Origin: Octopus bimaculoides
Taxonomy: Eukaryota
Length of the DNA: 64,000 nucleotides
Direction: 5' to 3'
NCBI RefSeq assembly: GCF_001194135.2
Contig: NC_068985.1
Location: forward strand, 82,157,168 to 82,221,167
Within the stretch, counting starts at the first letter, position 1. Each line of letters begins with the position of its first letter. This document shows positions 1 through 12,950 of the stretch, piece by piece. The notes beneath the pieces were generated by a model that saw only the letters and a program-made list of their open reading frames with translations, ran no database searches and had not been told where the DNA came from. The translations under genes were made by a program, and so were the position numbers.

Positions 1-930
1 GGAACCATATCATATCAGATCATATGGTATCATCGCCACTACTGCAACTACCACTAAAACCACCACTGGATATCTGCCATCACAATTTAAGTCATCACCA
101 TCACCATCATCATTATCATTATTATCACTTTCTGCTCCTTCTTCATTATCATTGCCCTCGTTGGAACTGACCACCACCACCAACACCAATGTCATCACCA
201 TCATTTCCATTATTGTCAATTACCTATGAACACTAGCACTGCCGTCACCCATACCTCAACACCCACCTCACCCCACCCAACCACCATCACCATCGCCTTA
301 CTGCCAAACCAGTACACACCACAATTTTCCCCATCCTCTGCTTTTGCTTTGCCACTGACATCACCACCACCACCACCACCACCACCACCACCATCACCAC
401 CACCTTCAATGCCACTGTCATCATATTCAACATCCTTCACCAATGTTCCTCACCACTACCACCAACACCAATACTCTCTTCACCACTGCTATCATCACCA
501 CCACCTCCACCACCACCACCACCACCACCACCACCACCATCNNNNNNNNNNNNNNNNNNNNNNNNNNNNNNNNNNNNNNNNNNNNNNNNNNNNNNNNNNN
601 NNNNNNNNNNNNNNNNNNNNNNNNNNNNNNNNNNNNNNNNNNNNNNNNNNNNNNNNNNNNNNNNNNNNNNNNNNNNNNNNNNNNNNNNNNNNNNNNNNNN
701 NNNNNNNNNNNNNNNNNNNNNNNNNNNNNNNNNNNNNNNNNNNNNNNNNNNNNNNNNNNNNNNNNNNACCACCACCACCACCACCACCATCCTTTTTCAT
801 TTATTTGACAACCTGCTTCACCTGTCCCCTTGTTGTTGTTGTTGTAATTAACAGCACGAATATTATCATTATTATTAATATCATTACTATTATCATTATT
901 ATCATTATCATCATAACCATTATATTAATA
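1..930. repeat. Cryptically simple (CCA/CAT/TAT)n region with a gap
   Basis: Trinucleotide low complexity; source of the spurious His/Pro/Thr ORFs. Confidence 0.85.
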
Positions 931-2486
931 ATATTTTTATTAACATCCATGCTGACCAAGGGAGTACCTTTTGTTCAAACATTAAAGCTGACAGAACAAT
1001 AAAAATGTTCTTACATGAAAGACGAGCCAGATTCTTGGTCAGGAGAGAAGCTTGCAATTTTCCTGAAAGTGGAAGAAAATGCAACAATCAGTATTGGTAA
1101 AATATCTCATATCTTCAGTTCACCATTCACAGTGTGTAGAAGAAATAGAAAGAGTTAAAATATTCTTGATTATTAGAACTAACCATCAAGAAGCAGAAGA
1201 TGAAGATGTAGATGAGAAAAGAAAATAGTGAAGTTAAGCAGTGAACCATCAATAATCCATTGAACTCCAAATGTCCAATGAATGAAGCTGTTGTTCACAA
1301 CTGCATGTTTATTTAAAAAAAAAAAACTATATAAACATATTGCAAAATTAAGAAATAGTAGTGGGAATGGGGGCTGTTGATATATTGAAGGCCCATAGCA
1401 ACCCTGTAAACAAAAATAAAGACTAATGTTTAATTTCAGTATTTAATTTATGACAAAAAAATACATTGCAGAAACTTACAAAATGCATACACAAACATTA
1501 CACACACACACACACACACACACGTGCATGCACACACATATATATCACAAATGTATACATATTAATGTAAAACTCCAACTTTCAGAGACTATATCCATAA
1601 AACAGAAACATTCCTTATGTATGATTTTGGTCTACATATTTATAACAAAAGATTTTTAAAAATTAAATTGACAACTATGTTTAAGTTAAGGATCATTCAT
1701 TAGAAGTATAAGAGAACTGAATTAAAATTGCAATGTGGATTCTGGCCATTTGGATTTCACAACTTGAAGTATGCAGCATATTACATGTTAACTGGTAAGT
1801 GACATTTTTAGATGTGACAATAGTTTTTGGGGGATATCGTTATATATATAATTTCATTTCATTATACTGCTTTATTCAGAAACTTTGTATTTTCATAAAC
1901 AAGTATTAAAAAATATTTTTTTTTCTTTCTTTATATATCACTTCAAAGATTGTAATATAAAAAATTTATAGTAAGAAGTTTTGTATTTTCTATTTTCCCA
2001 CCAACACTAAATCAATGAAATTGCCTATACACAGTACCTTTACATGCTAGAAATAGTAGCCAAATTCACTCTAGTCAAACTCTTCTCCTTTCAACACAAA
2101 GAACATATTGGACATTTTAGAGGATAGAAAATAGGCTAGGGAGCATGTCTTTCATTACAGATCTGTTCAGTCAGTGTTGGCCGAGAGTTAAACAATATCA
2201 AAACAATATCTGACTGTGTATCCTAAAAATAAAGTCTTAGTATTATAATTTCAGAGGTAAAAAAATATCAAAATATATCAATATAATTTTTCATCACTCT
2301 TAACATATTTGGTTATTGTTTGTTTGATTTATTGGCATATAGAAGTGGAATAATGGACTTATCTGTAACTGAAAAGCCATGTTATAACAAAACTAGTATT
2401 CATAATATGAAGATAGAATATTTGATTATTGATAAAAATGCACACACACATAATGTATATATAAACATATATACATATGAATATAC

Positions 2487-2635
2487 TGGCTGTGTGGTCA
2501 AGAAGTTTGCTTCCCATCTACATCACCTTGGGTTCAATCCCATTGCATGGCACCTAGGGCAAATGTATTTTAGTGTAGCGAATCAAGTCTTGTGAGTGGA
2601 TTTTGTCGACAGAAACTAAGAGAAGCCCACTGTAT
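2487..2635 (+). mobile_element. Family-B SINE, 5' part
   Basis: TGGCTGTGTGGTCAAG...GGTTCAATCCC...GTGAGTGGATTT, matching other copies. Confidence 0.7.
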
Positions 2636-3050
2636 ATCTTATATAGTATACACACACACATACACACATAGAGTCATTCTCATCTGCCTTTTACAGTTAA
2701 AGTACCAGCTGATACTTCAGGTTCAGAGGCTCAAGATATGCGACATATCTCGGTTCTTAAGCCAGATTTACAGGTGTTGCTGCACTAAGACTCAGAAGGC
2801 CCATAGGCTCATTAAGTAATTTATTTATCAAGGAAGGTGATGGAGGTGACTTCTATTGTACAGCACCAGGACTTGGGAGCATGTGTGTAATGTTGTGTCA
2901 GATATATATGAAAGTAAAATGTAATATATGTTTTAATTCTAGTTTGTGTAACTTTATCTTTCTCTTTTGATATGTAGCTATATTTTAATGAATAAGAATA
3001 CAATTTATTCCTTTCATAATACAACAGGACATGTAGTAGTGAGTGTATAT

Positions 3051-3109
<59 letters not shown>

Positions 3110-4578
3110 GATCTATTTACTAACAACTATTGTGGATTTGATACAATTCCTGTAAAGTGACTGTTATAAGAATCAACCTGAAGGCTTTGACACAGCTTCA
3201 CATTAGAAATAGGATGGAGAACTGGTATTTCCAGTGTTAACCAGTTACACTCAGAAATAATACATAGCTGATAAAATTTCATATTGCTTATAATAATTGC
3301 TATGGCAACTATATATGTAGGGGAGAAAAATTAAAAGCTAAAGGAAAAATATACATATGCGAATGTGTTTATGCTTGTATACATGTATGAATGAATACAT
3401 ATACACACACATGTATATATGCATAATATGCACACACACACTCATGTTATATATATATATGTATATTTATAAATGTGCACATATATGTCCATATCTATAT
3501 ATATGTGTGTGTGTTTGTGTGTAAATATATATGTGTGTATATATATACATATATATACACACTCACACATACACGTGCATGTACATGTACATATGTAATT
3601 GTATATATGTATATTTATATGCTGTTCTTTTGTTTCTGCATATGAAAGACCTTATTTGTATCTGCTACAAATCCCTGTTAGTAAATTGAAAATGATACAT
3701 AAGATAATTAAGACCTGAATCAGGGCATAATTATATTACATTTGATTTACCAAAGTATCTAATCAACAGCAGAAAAATGACTGTTATTTCAGAACACTGT
3801 GCTGCCACAATTTAAGAAGAACAGGCAGACAGGTGTCCAGTCAAACAGGCAGTTAGGTATATAGCTAGATAGATGAACAGTTAGCCAAATAGACAGATCG
3901 TTTAATAATGGACTATTTATTGTGCCATAAATATTATCAAGGCATTAATATTAGGAAACAGGTCTCCATCCTGTTTGCGCAAAGTTTATCATAATGATCC
4001 AAACTGAAAGACATCAGTAGATATAATCATAGAGCCAAAATGAAATCAGTGTTAGAAGTAATCCTTGATAGAAGTAGTGTGCGTGTGTGAAGAAAGCTAG
4101 CAATGTCGAACAGATATCTACTTTGATATATATTGAGTAATGAGCTAGGTGCAACTACAATTATGCATGTATTAGAAAGAAAGAAGAAAAGAGTGAGAGT
4201 AGGAATATGTGCATTCATGTTTGTATATGTGTGTGTGTGTGTATAAACATACAAACATGAATGTATACATAAAAGTATATCCATATAAACTCATGTATAT
4301 AGATATAACCATATATATATGTATATATATATATATATATATNNNNNNNNNNNNNNNNNNNNNNNNNNNNNNNNNNNNNNNNNNNNNNNNNNNNNNNNNN
4401 NNNNNNNNNNNNNNNNNNNNNNNNNNNNNNNNNNNNNNNNNNNNNNNNNNNNNNNNNNNNNNNNNNNNNNNNNNNNNNNNNNNNNNNNNNNNNNNNNNNN
4501 NNNNNNNNNNNNNNNNNNNNNNNNNNNNNNNNNNNNNNNNNNNNNNNNNNNNNNNNNNNNNNNNNNNNNNNNNNNNNN

Positions 4579-4631
<53 letters not shown>

Positions 4632-5809
4632 CACACATACACACATACATACATACATACATACTAATATGTGTATGTGTGCATGAGTGTCTGCATGTAC
4701 ATTGTGCACATGTGTATGACTACACAAATACAGATCCAATAATAACCATATAAAAATCCACCTCTAATCAACTATGAACAAAGAGAATGAAAAGGAATCA
4801 TGACTTGATAATGGTGGAACATATCTGTTAGAGGTTTAAACTAAAAGATTTGTGAGGAAGCATTTAGGTGAGATCTAAAACTTTGGACTTAGCAAATGAG
4901 ATCTTAATGATGAAAATGGCATTGAGAGATTATGTATCTCAGACCAATTGAAAGCTTTGCTAGCATAGAGAAGATGTTAAAATGATGATGACAATGATAG
5001 TGATTATTATGATGATGACTTCAAATGATCATTGAATGAATATATTGCCTTCTTGGGTGAGAGGTGTGACTTCTTGAAGCTTAAAATCCAGAATGAAAAA
5101 TGAATTACATACATATGAAGTTAAATCTATTCATCAATAGATAATGAAATACTTCCATATTTGCTTGTGCTTGGAGCCTGACACACAAGATGAGGGTACT
5201 GTAATTTAGACTACTTATCATTTCAACTATTTAAACAAGATTATAATGCACTTGTATATATTTTAACAAGTCTGAAATATTAAAAAGCAAGTCAACGCAG
5301 TCCTGGACTGTCAGCAAGGTTTCTTTAAAATAAATTCAATGTATTTAACAGCTGTATACTGACTTTTGAACCTATAAAATTTCTTTATAAAATTTCAAGC
5401 GAAATGTTTACTATATTATTATTACTATACCTTATCAACATACACAGTATTTATAAAATATAAAATGGGATTTTGGCTTTAAGATGTTACAACTAACTTC
5501 TACACAATCACTACTTACTGTATTCTACTGCATCTAACATCTCTCTTCTCCAAACAAATGTGCTCTAACATGAAACTCATTTGATATTATTAATTTGTAA
5601 TTCAATTAATGATGACAAATACCATCACTAGCCTACCAATTGTAGTGATGATCATCAACTAAACACACAGTTTAATGTCAATTAAACAATGTTTTTTTTT
5701 TAAATTTTATTAAATAAAATATTGTATGTCCAGATTGTTTCAGTCCAAACTTTGAAAAAGAGAGCACTTTAATGACTCAAGCATAAAATATTTCTTACGT
5801 ATATTTTCC

Positions 5810-6005
5810 CCTGTTTACATGGATCAGGCGAAATTCCTCGAGGCAGTTTTTCTATGGCCAGCAGTTCCTCTTGTTGCTAGCCCTCACATATTTCCAAGTA
5901 AGGTAATATTTCCTTTGCTCAGACAGATTTTCACAGGAGACTGGAAATGAATCACACCACTTGCATCACAGCAACTATTAGGTGATGTTAAGACAAGGAA
6001 ACACA
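5810..6005 (+). mobile_element. Dispersed SINE/LINE-tail repeat (related copy about 39960-40135)
   Basis: Shared blocks CCAAG(T/A)AAGGTAATATT...TTTCACAG(G/A)AGACTG(G)AAA...ACAAGGA between the two loci. Confidence 0.5.
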
Positions 6006-6057
6006 TAAACATGCATAAGTATACATATATGTACATGCATGTGTGTGTGTGTGCGTT

Positions 6058-6312
6058 TGGCCGTACGGCTTTTGAATGTTGTTTTCACTGTCCAATTTTT
6101 CCTGTCTTGGTTTGTGTTTGCCACCTTGGAATCCTCTGTGTAGTGGGTTGATCCACTACTCAGGAAGAGACTATTCTAGAGTACGTTCTGTCTTATCTTC
6201 GAAACGTCTAGATAGAATAGAGACAGCTGATGAAGGGATATTCCAAGTGGCTTTCCGTTTTCCTATGTGTTCGTTCCGTTGTCTGTAGTTTATTGTTCTA
6301 ACGTCCTGTACC
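6058..6312 (+). mobile_element. CpG-rich interspersed repeat, possibly a Penelope-like terminal fragment (runs into gap)
   Basis: Retained CpGs in a CpG-poor background; begins at a (TG)n tract; carries GAAACGTC and CTGATGA. Confidence 0.4.
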
Positions 6313-6649
6313 NNNNNNNNNNNNNNNNNNNNNNNNNNNNNNNNNNNNNNNNNNNNNNNNNNNNNNNNNNNNNNNNNNNNNNNNNNNNNNNNNNNNNNNN
6401 NNNNNNNNNNNNNNNNNNNNNNNNNNNNNNNNNNNNNNNNNNNNNNNNNNNNNNNNNNNNNNNNNNNNNNNNNNNNNNNNNNNNNNNNNNNNNNNNNNNN
6501 NNNNNNNNNNNNNNNNNNNNNNNNNNNNNNNNNNNNNNNNNNNNNNNNNNNNNNNNNNNNNNNNNNNNNNNNNNNNTATTTATTCTTAAGCTTTAAGAAA
6601 AAGATTGACAGGGACTTCGAAATTTAATAGATGCATACTCTGCAAATCT

Positions 6650-6914
6650 AGAGGGTGGGGGATAAACACAGACACAAACACATACACACACATACAAATC
6701 CTTATATATATATATATATATATGCACACACATATATATATACATATATACTTATATATATATTTATATACAATTGGCTTCTTTCAGTTTCCATCTACCA
6801 AATTCACTGAGACTATAGTAGAAGACACTGGCCAAAGGTGCCATACAGTGGGACTGAACCCAGAACTATGTGGTTGGTAAGCAAGCTACTTACCACACAG
6901 CCATGCCTGCACCT
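6650..6914 (-). mobile_element. Family-B SINE, 5' half
   Basis: Reverse complement of the SINE head (GGGACTGAACC...CTTACCACACAGCCATGCCTG). Confidence 0.75.
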
Positions 6915-7106
6915 CATCATGTAACCTCGTGGGCATCGGTACCATTTTCCTCTTTCTCCGTTCTTCCATTCTCCGAACTTTCCATCTTTCCGACGAAGGG
7001 CTACGCCCGAAACGTCATACACTCTCTCTTTCCTTTCCTGAGCGTCCAATAATACTATCCATATCACGTCCTCACTTTGTTGTTTTTTTGTTTCTTTGTT
7101 ATTGTG
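6915..7106 (+). mobile_element. Penelope-like 3' terminal fragment with a minimal hammerhead-like motif
   Basis: CCGACGA-A-GGGC-TAC-GCCC-GAAA-CGTC at 6990-7016; CpG-rich; ends directly in (TA)n. Confidence 0.55.
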
Positions 7107-7112
7107 TTTTTG

Positions 7113-7171
<59 letters not shown>

Positions 7172-7636
7172 TACATATACAATCACATATTCAGATATAT
7201 GTGTGTGCGTTCATACACACACACTCACACATACATATGAATGTGTGTGGGTGTGTAAGCATCAAAGCAAATCTAGAGTTTTGTAAATAAAACTTTCTAC
7301 AGCAGACTACTTATTGAAAGATCTACATAAATTCTGTTGCTCCTGCTACTGTCACAGGCAAAGCTAGCTAACTGACTGATTGAGTGAATGTATGGAAGCA
7401 AAATTCAATGATTGGAACAAGAGGAATGCTGTAAATCTAATGGGTGGAGAGGGAAGTTAAGAAAGCAGCCAATCATTTATTTGAATTCTTTTAAAAAGAG
7501 AAAACTCATATAATAGAATTAGAAGACCTGAGAGAATGCTAAGCTAACATTTAGGTGTCAAAAGAACCAAATTATTGAATTTGCCTTTCACTTGATATTT
7601 GTATTATATAATAATGATGATGATGATCATCATCAT

Positions 7637-7839
7637 GAAGAAGAAGAAGAAGAAGAAGAAGAAGAAGAAGAAGAAGAAGAAGAAGAAGAAGAAGAAGAAG
7701 AAGAAGAAGAAGAAGAAGAAGAAGAAGAAGAAGAAGAAGAAGAAGAAGAAGAAGAAGAAGAAGAAGAAGAAGAAGAAGAAGAAGAAAGAAGAAGAAGAAG
7801 AAGAAGAAGAAGAAAGAAGAAGAAGAAGAAGAAGAAGAA
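7637..7839 (+). repeat. (GAA)n microsatellite, about 200 bp
   Basis: Directly visible, with two single-base interruptions. A second (GAA)n tract lies at 19259-19387 next to a gap. Confidence 0.95.
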
Positions 7840-8394
7840 TGTAAAGTAGCAACATCAATCTAGCAATAGGTTGCAATTAATTTGTTATACTTGGAAAATT
7901 ATAATTGTCAATTTATTTTATTGATTTCAGGAATGAATAATTATATCAATCTTTTAAAGTTGAGGAATATAAATCTAACTTCATTATTTTTCTGTCTTCC
8001 TGTTTGCAACTTTCCAATTCTAAGATCAGAATTATTAATATTATTGTATTAAAATCTATATTTTTTCTCTATTCTAACACAGTTTAAACACGTCTGCATA
8101 AGTGAAGTTTATAGTGGCACCACTGCTTATAACAAGTTGGTTATTCCAAAACCTTGCAGCAACTATTTTTAGCTACTATCATGGCCAAACAAAGTATTGC
8201 TTACAAATGCAAACCACAAATCTATATATTACCTCGGACATCTACAGTAGTGTAAGGAAACTTTGTGACACCATGGTGTTTCAACCATATTGTGTGTCTT
8301 CTTAGTCAAAGTTACCCTGTATGAACTCTTGCATATAAAAATCAGCAAGCAAATTATTTGTTGATGTGTGATGATTTCTCCCAAACAGATAATG

Positions 8395-8766
8395 ATTCAT
8401 GGGGTGCACACAGAACAGCAAGAATTGAAACAATGATACATCTATTCACTTTTGTTATGTTCTGATAGGTTTATTATTTGAGAACACCTCCCTTTAGACG
8501 ATGTGTCCATAATACATGAAATTCACCAGTGTGGGTACTTTGACTGAGGAGGTTGAAACACTAAGGTTGAAACACCAGGTGTCTCAAAGTCCATTGAATC
8601 ACATGTTAACAATATACATTGTCTAAAGTGAAGAGGTGTTTTCCAATGACAAAAAAAAAAAAACAACAGTGATCAGATATTCACATTTGAATCTACCAAA
8701 ACACATTACAGATGAATAGATACATTATTGTTTGGATTCTCACTGTTTTGTGTGGACCCCATGAAT
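8395..8766. mobile_element. MITE with about 50-bp imperfect TIRs
   Basis: 8399-8448 vs reverse complement of 8713-8762 match at 41/50. A second inner inverted pair lies at 8480-8504 / 8616-8643. No coding capacity. Confidence 0.7.
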
Positions 8767-9059
8767 ATTTCAGACACACACACACACACACANNNNNNNN
8801 NNNNNNNNNNNNNNNNNNNNNNNNNNNNNNNNNNNNNNNNNNNNNNNNNNNNNNNNNNNNNNNNNNNNNNNNNNNNNNNNNNNNNNNNNNNNNNNNNNNN
8901 NNNNNNNNNNNNNNNNNNNNNNNNNNNNNNNNNNNNNNNNNNNNNNNNNNNNNNNNNNNNNNNNNNNNNNNNNNNNNNNNNNNNNNNNNNNNNNNNNNNN
9001 NNNNNNNNNNNNNNNNNNNNNNNNNNNNNNNNNNNNNNNNNNNNNNNNNNNNNNNNNNN

Positions 9060-9132
<73 letters not shown>

Positions 9133-9994
9133 CATAATGGGAAAGCCTGTAACTGATACTATTCACTCTACAGTTGCATAGAATAAATAGATATTCTTTA
9201 TCCTCCCACCAAATTATCTGGATAAAAATTTTACTGCACTAACTTCATAGATATATTTTTCATTCACAATTAGCCGCTAATAGCTAGAATACCATAAAGA
9301 AAAAAAAATTTCATAATAATCAGGCTTTTGTGTCATGTTTCTTATAATACACTTTTTTTTAAATCTCTAATCTAATTTGTTATACTTCAGATTTGTAGAT
9401 AAACCCTTTTTTATGCATTCTTTTCAGCCTGGTAAAAAGGTTAGAGGATTAACTTATCTATTACCTTTTTATCTATTACATTTCATGTCACATCTGTTAT
9501 AAATAAGTTATTATTTGAACTTTGTTTTCTGAGGGTGGGGATGGAGAGCATAATTTACTCTTTACTTTTCATTTACTACTGTTATATCAATTTTTTAAAT
9601 TTCAGAAAAAAAATTTTGTTAAAAAAGTAATTTTATTTATGATAACTTTAATGAATTTTATACTTGAAAGAAATCTGGACAGAAATGGAAGAAGCAATTT
9701 AAATCTATGGATTATGATCTTGGTAATGTAGCAGGATATTTTCTTAGCAAGTGAACTCATCCTTTAACTCTGAAATCAGATACTTTTAATATGAAAGGAG
9801 ATTTGTGGTAGTTTGCATCAGTGAAAATCAGTTCATAAAATGTAAATAAGTTAGTGTGATGAGTAGAGAAAAGAATTTCTCTTTTGATAGTACCCACTGC
9901 GTGACACCTTGGGCAAGTGTCTTCTACTATAACCTTGGGCCAATCAAAGCCTTGTGAGTGGATTTGGTAGACAGAAGTACTTGGATAGTGTTTT

Positions 9995-10031
9995 ATTTTG
10001 TCTTTCATCCTTTCAGGATGAAAGACAAAAT
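9995..10031. repeat. Perfect 17-bp palindrome with a 3-nt loop inside a family-A SINE fragment
   Basis: ATTTTGTCTTTCATCCT-TTC-AGGATGAAAGACAAAAT. Confidence 0.85.
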
Positions 10032-11862
10032 TGACCATACCTGGCCTTAAACTTAGAATGTAAAAAACAAGAACAAATGCTGACACTAGTGATTCTATGA
10101 GCCCAACTCCCACTCCTCGTATTATTTTATAGAAATGTAATGATACTAACAACAGTCTGATTCCTACATATATTTTATCACCTTTTAGATTTTAGATACA
10201 AATGAAACCAAAACTTTTGTAATAGTATCAATGCAATTTGGAAAGGAATGAACTAAAGAAGAAAAAAGAATTGACTATAAGTGGAGTTAAAGTTTTAACA
10301 AAATTATTTTTTAGATGGTAATTACTTCTGACCACTTTTGATTTTATTCTAGGATATTAATCATAGGTAAATCATGGCTTATAAAATTTTTGAAGAAAAT
10401 AAATTCCTTGCAAGCAATCTTAGAAACGAAATTTTCCTTACCGTAATTTACAAAGAACATTTTGTTTTTAAGAAATCTTTACAATTTTAATATTAACATT
10501 TGTTTTATTCATACTGACAAATTTTGGGTGAGTCTGCAGCACCATATTGCCATATTGTTCAATCTTGTGTCATCTTGTCTGTGAAGCCCATCAAATTATT
10601 ACATGCAAATTTTCATGACTCAAAATCATAAATTATTAGGAATGTATTATAGAGTCTCTTTAATCTGTCACCCATGGGACAGACAAATGTCGAAAGGCAT
10701 ATATCATTCAGGATTTAAAAAAAAATACCCAACCCACTTACTACAAATATCTAACAAGCTTAACTATGGATATTCATGCATACAAGTCACAAGTCTTTAA
10801 AATGACGACTATTTTGGCAACAGTGTACAAAACAATTATAATTAGTTGCACCTAAATATCAGACTGTCTCAGTTGAGAATGTGTCCCAGTAGATTCTCTT
10901 CTAAACTAAACATGCCAAGAAATTAGAATCTTCAAATAACAAATTTAAGTGATCCAGTTGCACTGAAACTATTTTAAAAACCTAACAGGCTAAATTCTCA
11001 CTCATTATCCTGATCTATACAGAAAACCACAAAGAATTTAATAGGAGGTTAACACTACTTAAAATATTACTCCTAACAATAGAAGATAAATCAACATTTC
11101 TATTTCAAAAATACGAATATATAATCCATGTAAATAAGCCAAATAATACTACAATTCTTTATTCCTGTTAATGCAAGATGTACCATAAATCTCTTGAGTC
11201 TCAATTAAGATACAAAATTATAATCCTGTTCTAATATATAATTCTTATTCGAAGATAACCAAGGTTAAGATGGATGTAAAGCTATTATGAATGTAATTAA
11301 TAATGGTGTTTTAACATGTTCAAAATTCCGGGAGTGTTAAAGAAAGAAACTATCTTTACACTAGCTAAGTATTTACAGGTAATTTACTCTTCAATACTAT
11401 AATGATTATTGATAAAAACAAAAATAAATGAAATAAAATAAAAAAAGAAGAATACATCAGAAGATTAATACATCAGTAGGGTCTCTATAAAAGAAAGTAA
11501 AAGGCTATTCTCTGAGAAATAATAGTATCTACTGCATAAAGTAGTGCTTTCTCTAATTAGAAAGAATTCCTAAAAGGACTGACATTATTATCTGTTTTGC
11601 TCTGGATGATTTAATCAATTCTTTGAGCTGTTGGAAAGTGGCCAAGCCATGTAAGTCGTCTTTTTATTTTCTATATGTTTTTATTAATTCTTATTTCTAC
11701 TTTTTAAAAATTTTGTAACTTTGTTTTTGTTCTTGCTTGATTATTTTTCCCCTTTCACATGTAATTCTGATTATAGATAGTTGTGAGTCATTTGTGGTAC
11801 AGATTCTTTGAAGGTACCATTAATTAATACCATATCATACAATATGAAGTTTCATATGAATA

Positions 11863-11904
<42 letters not shown>

Positions 11905-12624
11905 TTCTTGCACTGGCACAAGGTCACCAAATTGGGGGAAGCATATAGTTGATTAAATTGAATCCAGCATTTGAATGGTGTTTATTTAATTGAACCTGTA
12001 AGGAGGAGGGGCAAAACTGACCTCAGAATTTGAACTTGGAATACAATTTGTTTGTATTAGTACTAGCTCACTTCAAACTTGTAGTGATGTGTATAGTTGA
12101 TTTCATTGATATCAGTATATGACTGGCACTTATTTTATTGGATCTTGGAAGAATGAAATACAATCAACTTCAGTAAGATTTGAGCTCATATCATAAAAGG
12201 ATAAATTAAATACTCATAAGTATTTCTGCCATTTAAAAAAATTCTATGTAAAGAAAACATTTCTATTGAAAAGTGTCAAATATTTTGACCAATTAAATTA
12301 CAGGACTACAATGTTTCTCCATTTAACTTTTGGGGAGAGAGTTCAATTATAAATACCAGTTAGACATTAGGATCAATTCAATTGATTAACATTTAAATAC
12401 TGAACAGTATATATAAAGGATAAAATCCTTTTAAGAGCAGAAAAATTTGCCGGCAACCAGCAAATGTATTGTTCTACAATACATCTTAATGCTTCAAAAA
12501 CAAACTTATGTTTGTTTACCTATGAGGTAATCAATTGATTAAGTTGCATTCTCTTCATACGTAAACAAAGCAAATGACTACCATTGCAATCATCATCATC
12601 ACCATTATTATTATTATTATTATT

Positions 12625-12950
12625 TAAGATGTTGCACAGTATGCAATATCGTGATGTTGTTGACTGAAGATATTCTGTCTACCGGGGGTCAAGTTACAAC
12701 AAGGACCTTTGACTAACAGTACTTTACACATTATGTGTGCAGCTCCAAGTAATGCCAGTTTTTGTAATACCCCTAGACTGTAGGGTATTTCTGACACTTC
12801 CAGATGTTTCTTCAGGTTGGGTGGTATTGAACCCAATGCTCCGATGACAACAGGGACAACCTTTATGCTTGACTCTCGTAGCTTCCACATCTTGGCGATC
12901 CCAATTTTCAGGCCTCCATATTTATCAATTTTTTCTCTTTCTTTGATGAT
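12625..12950 (-). mobile_element. 5'-truncated R4/Dong-type non-LTR retrotransposon (C-terminal restriction-like endonuclease region plus 3' end)
   Basis: Minus strand translates KEREKIDKYGGLKIGIAKMWKLRESSIKVVPVVIGALGSIPPNLKKHLEVSEIPYSLGVLQKLALLGAAHIMCKVL. This matches the KxxKY...W...VVPxVIGALG...QKxALLGxAxI pattern of R4/Dong RLE C-termini. The 3' end runs into (TAA)n and the 5' end abuts (AAT/AAC)n. Confidence 0.8.

Noticed and set aside
226-1002. 258-aa Pro/His/Ile-rich ORF and overlapping ORFs
   Set aside because: Trinucleotide low-complexity sequence read through an N-gap; no splice or domain support
2735-2751. 7-bp stems such as AGATATG-CGA-CATATCT (also 22091-22107)
   Set aside because: Short enough to be expected by chance in 64 kb of AT-rich DNA
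7592-7876. Poly-E/K/F ORFs
   Set aside because: Translation of (GAA)n
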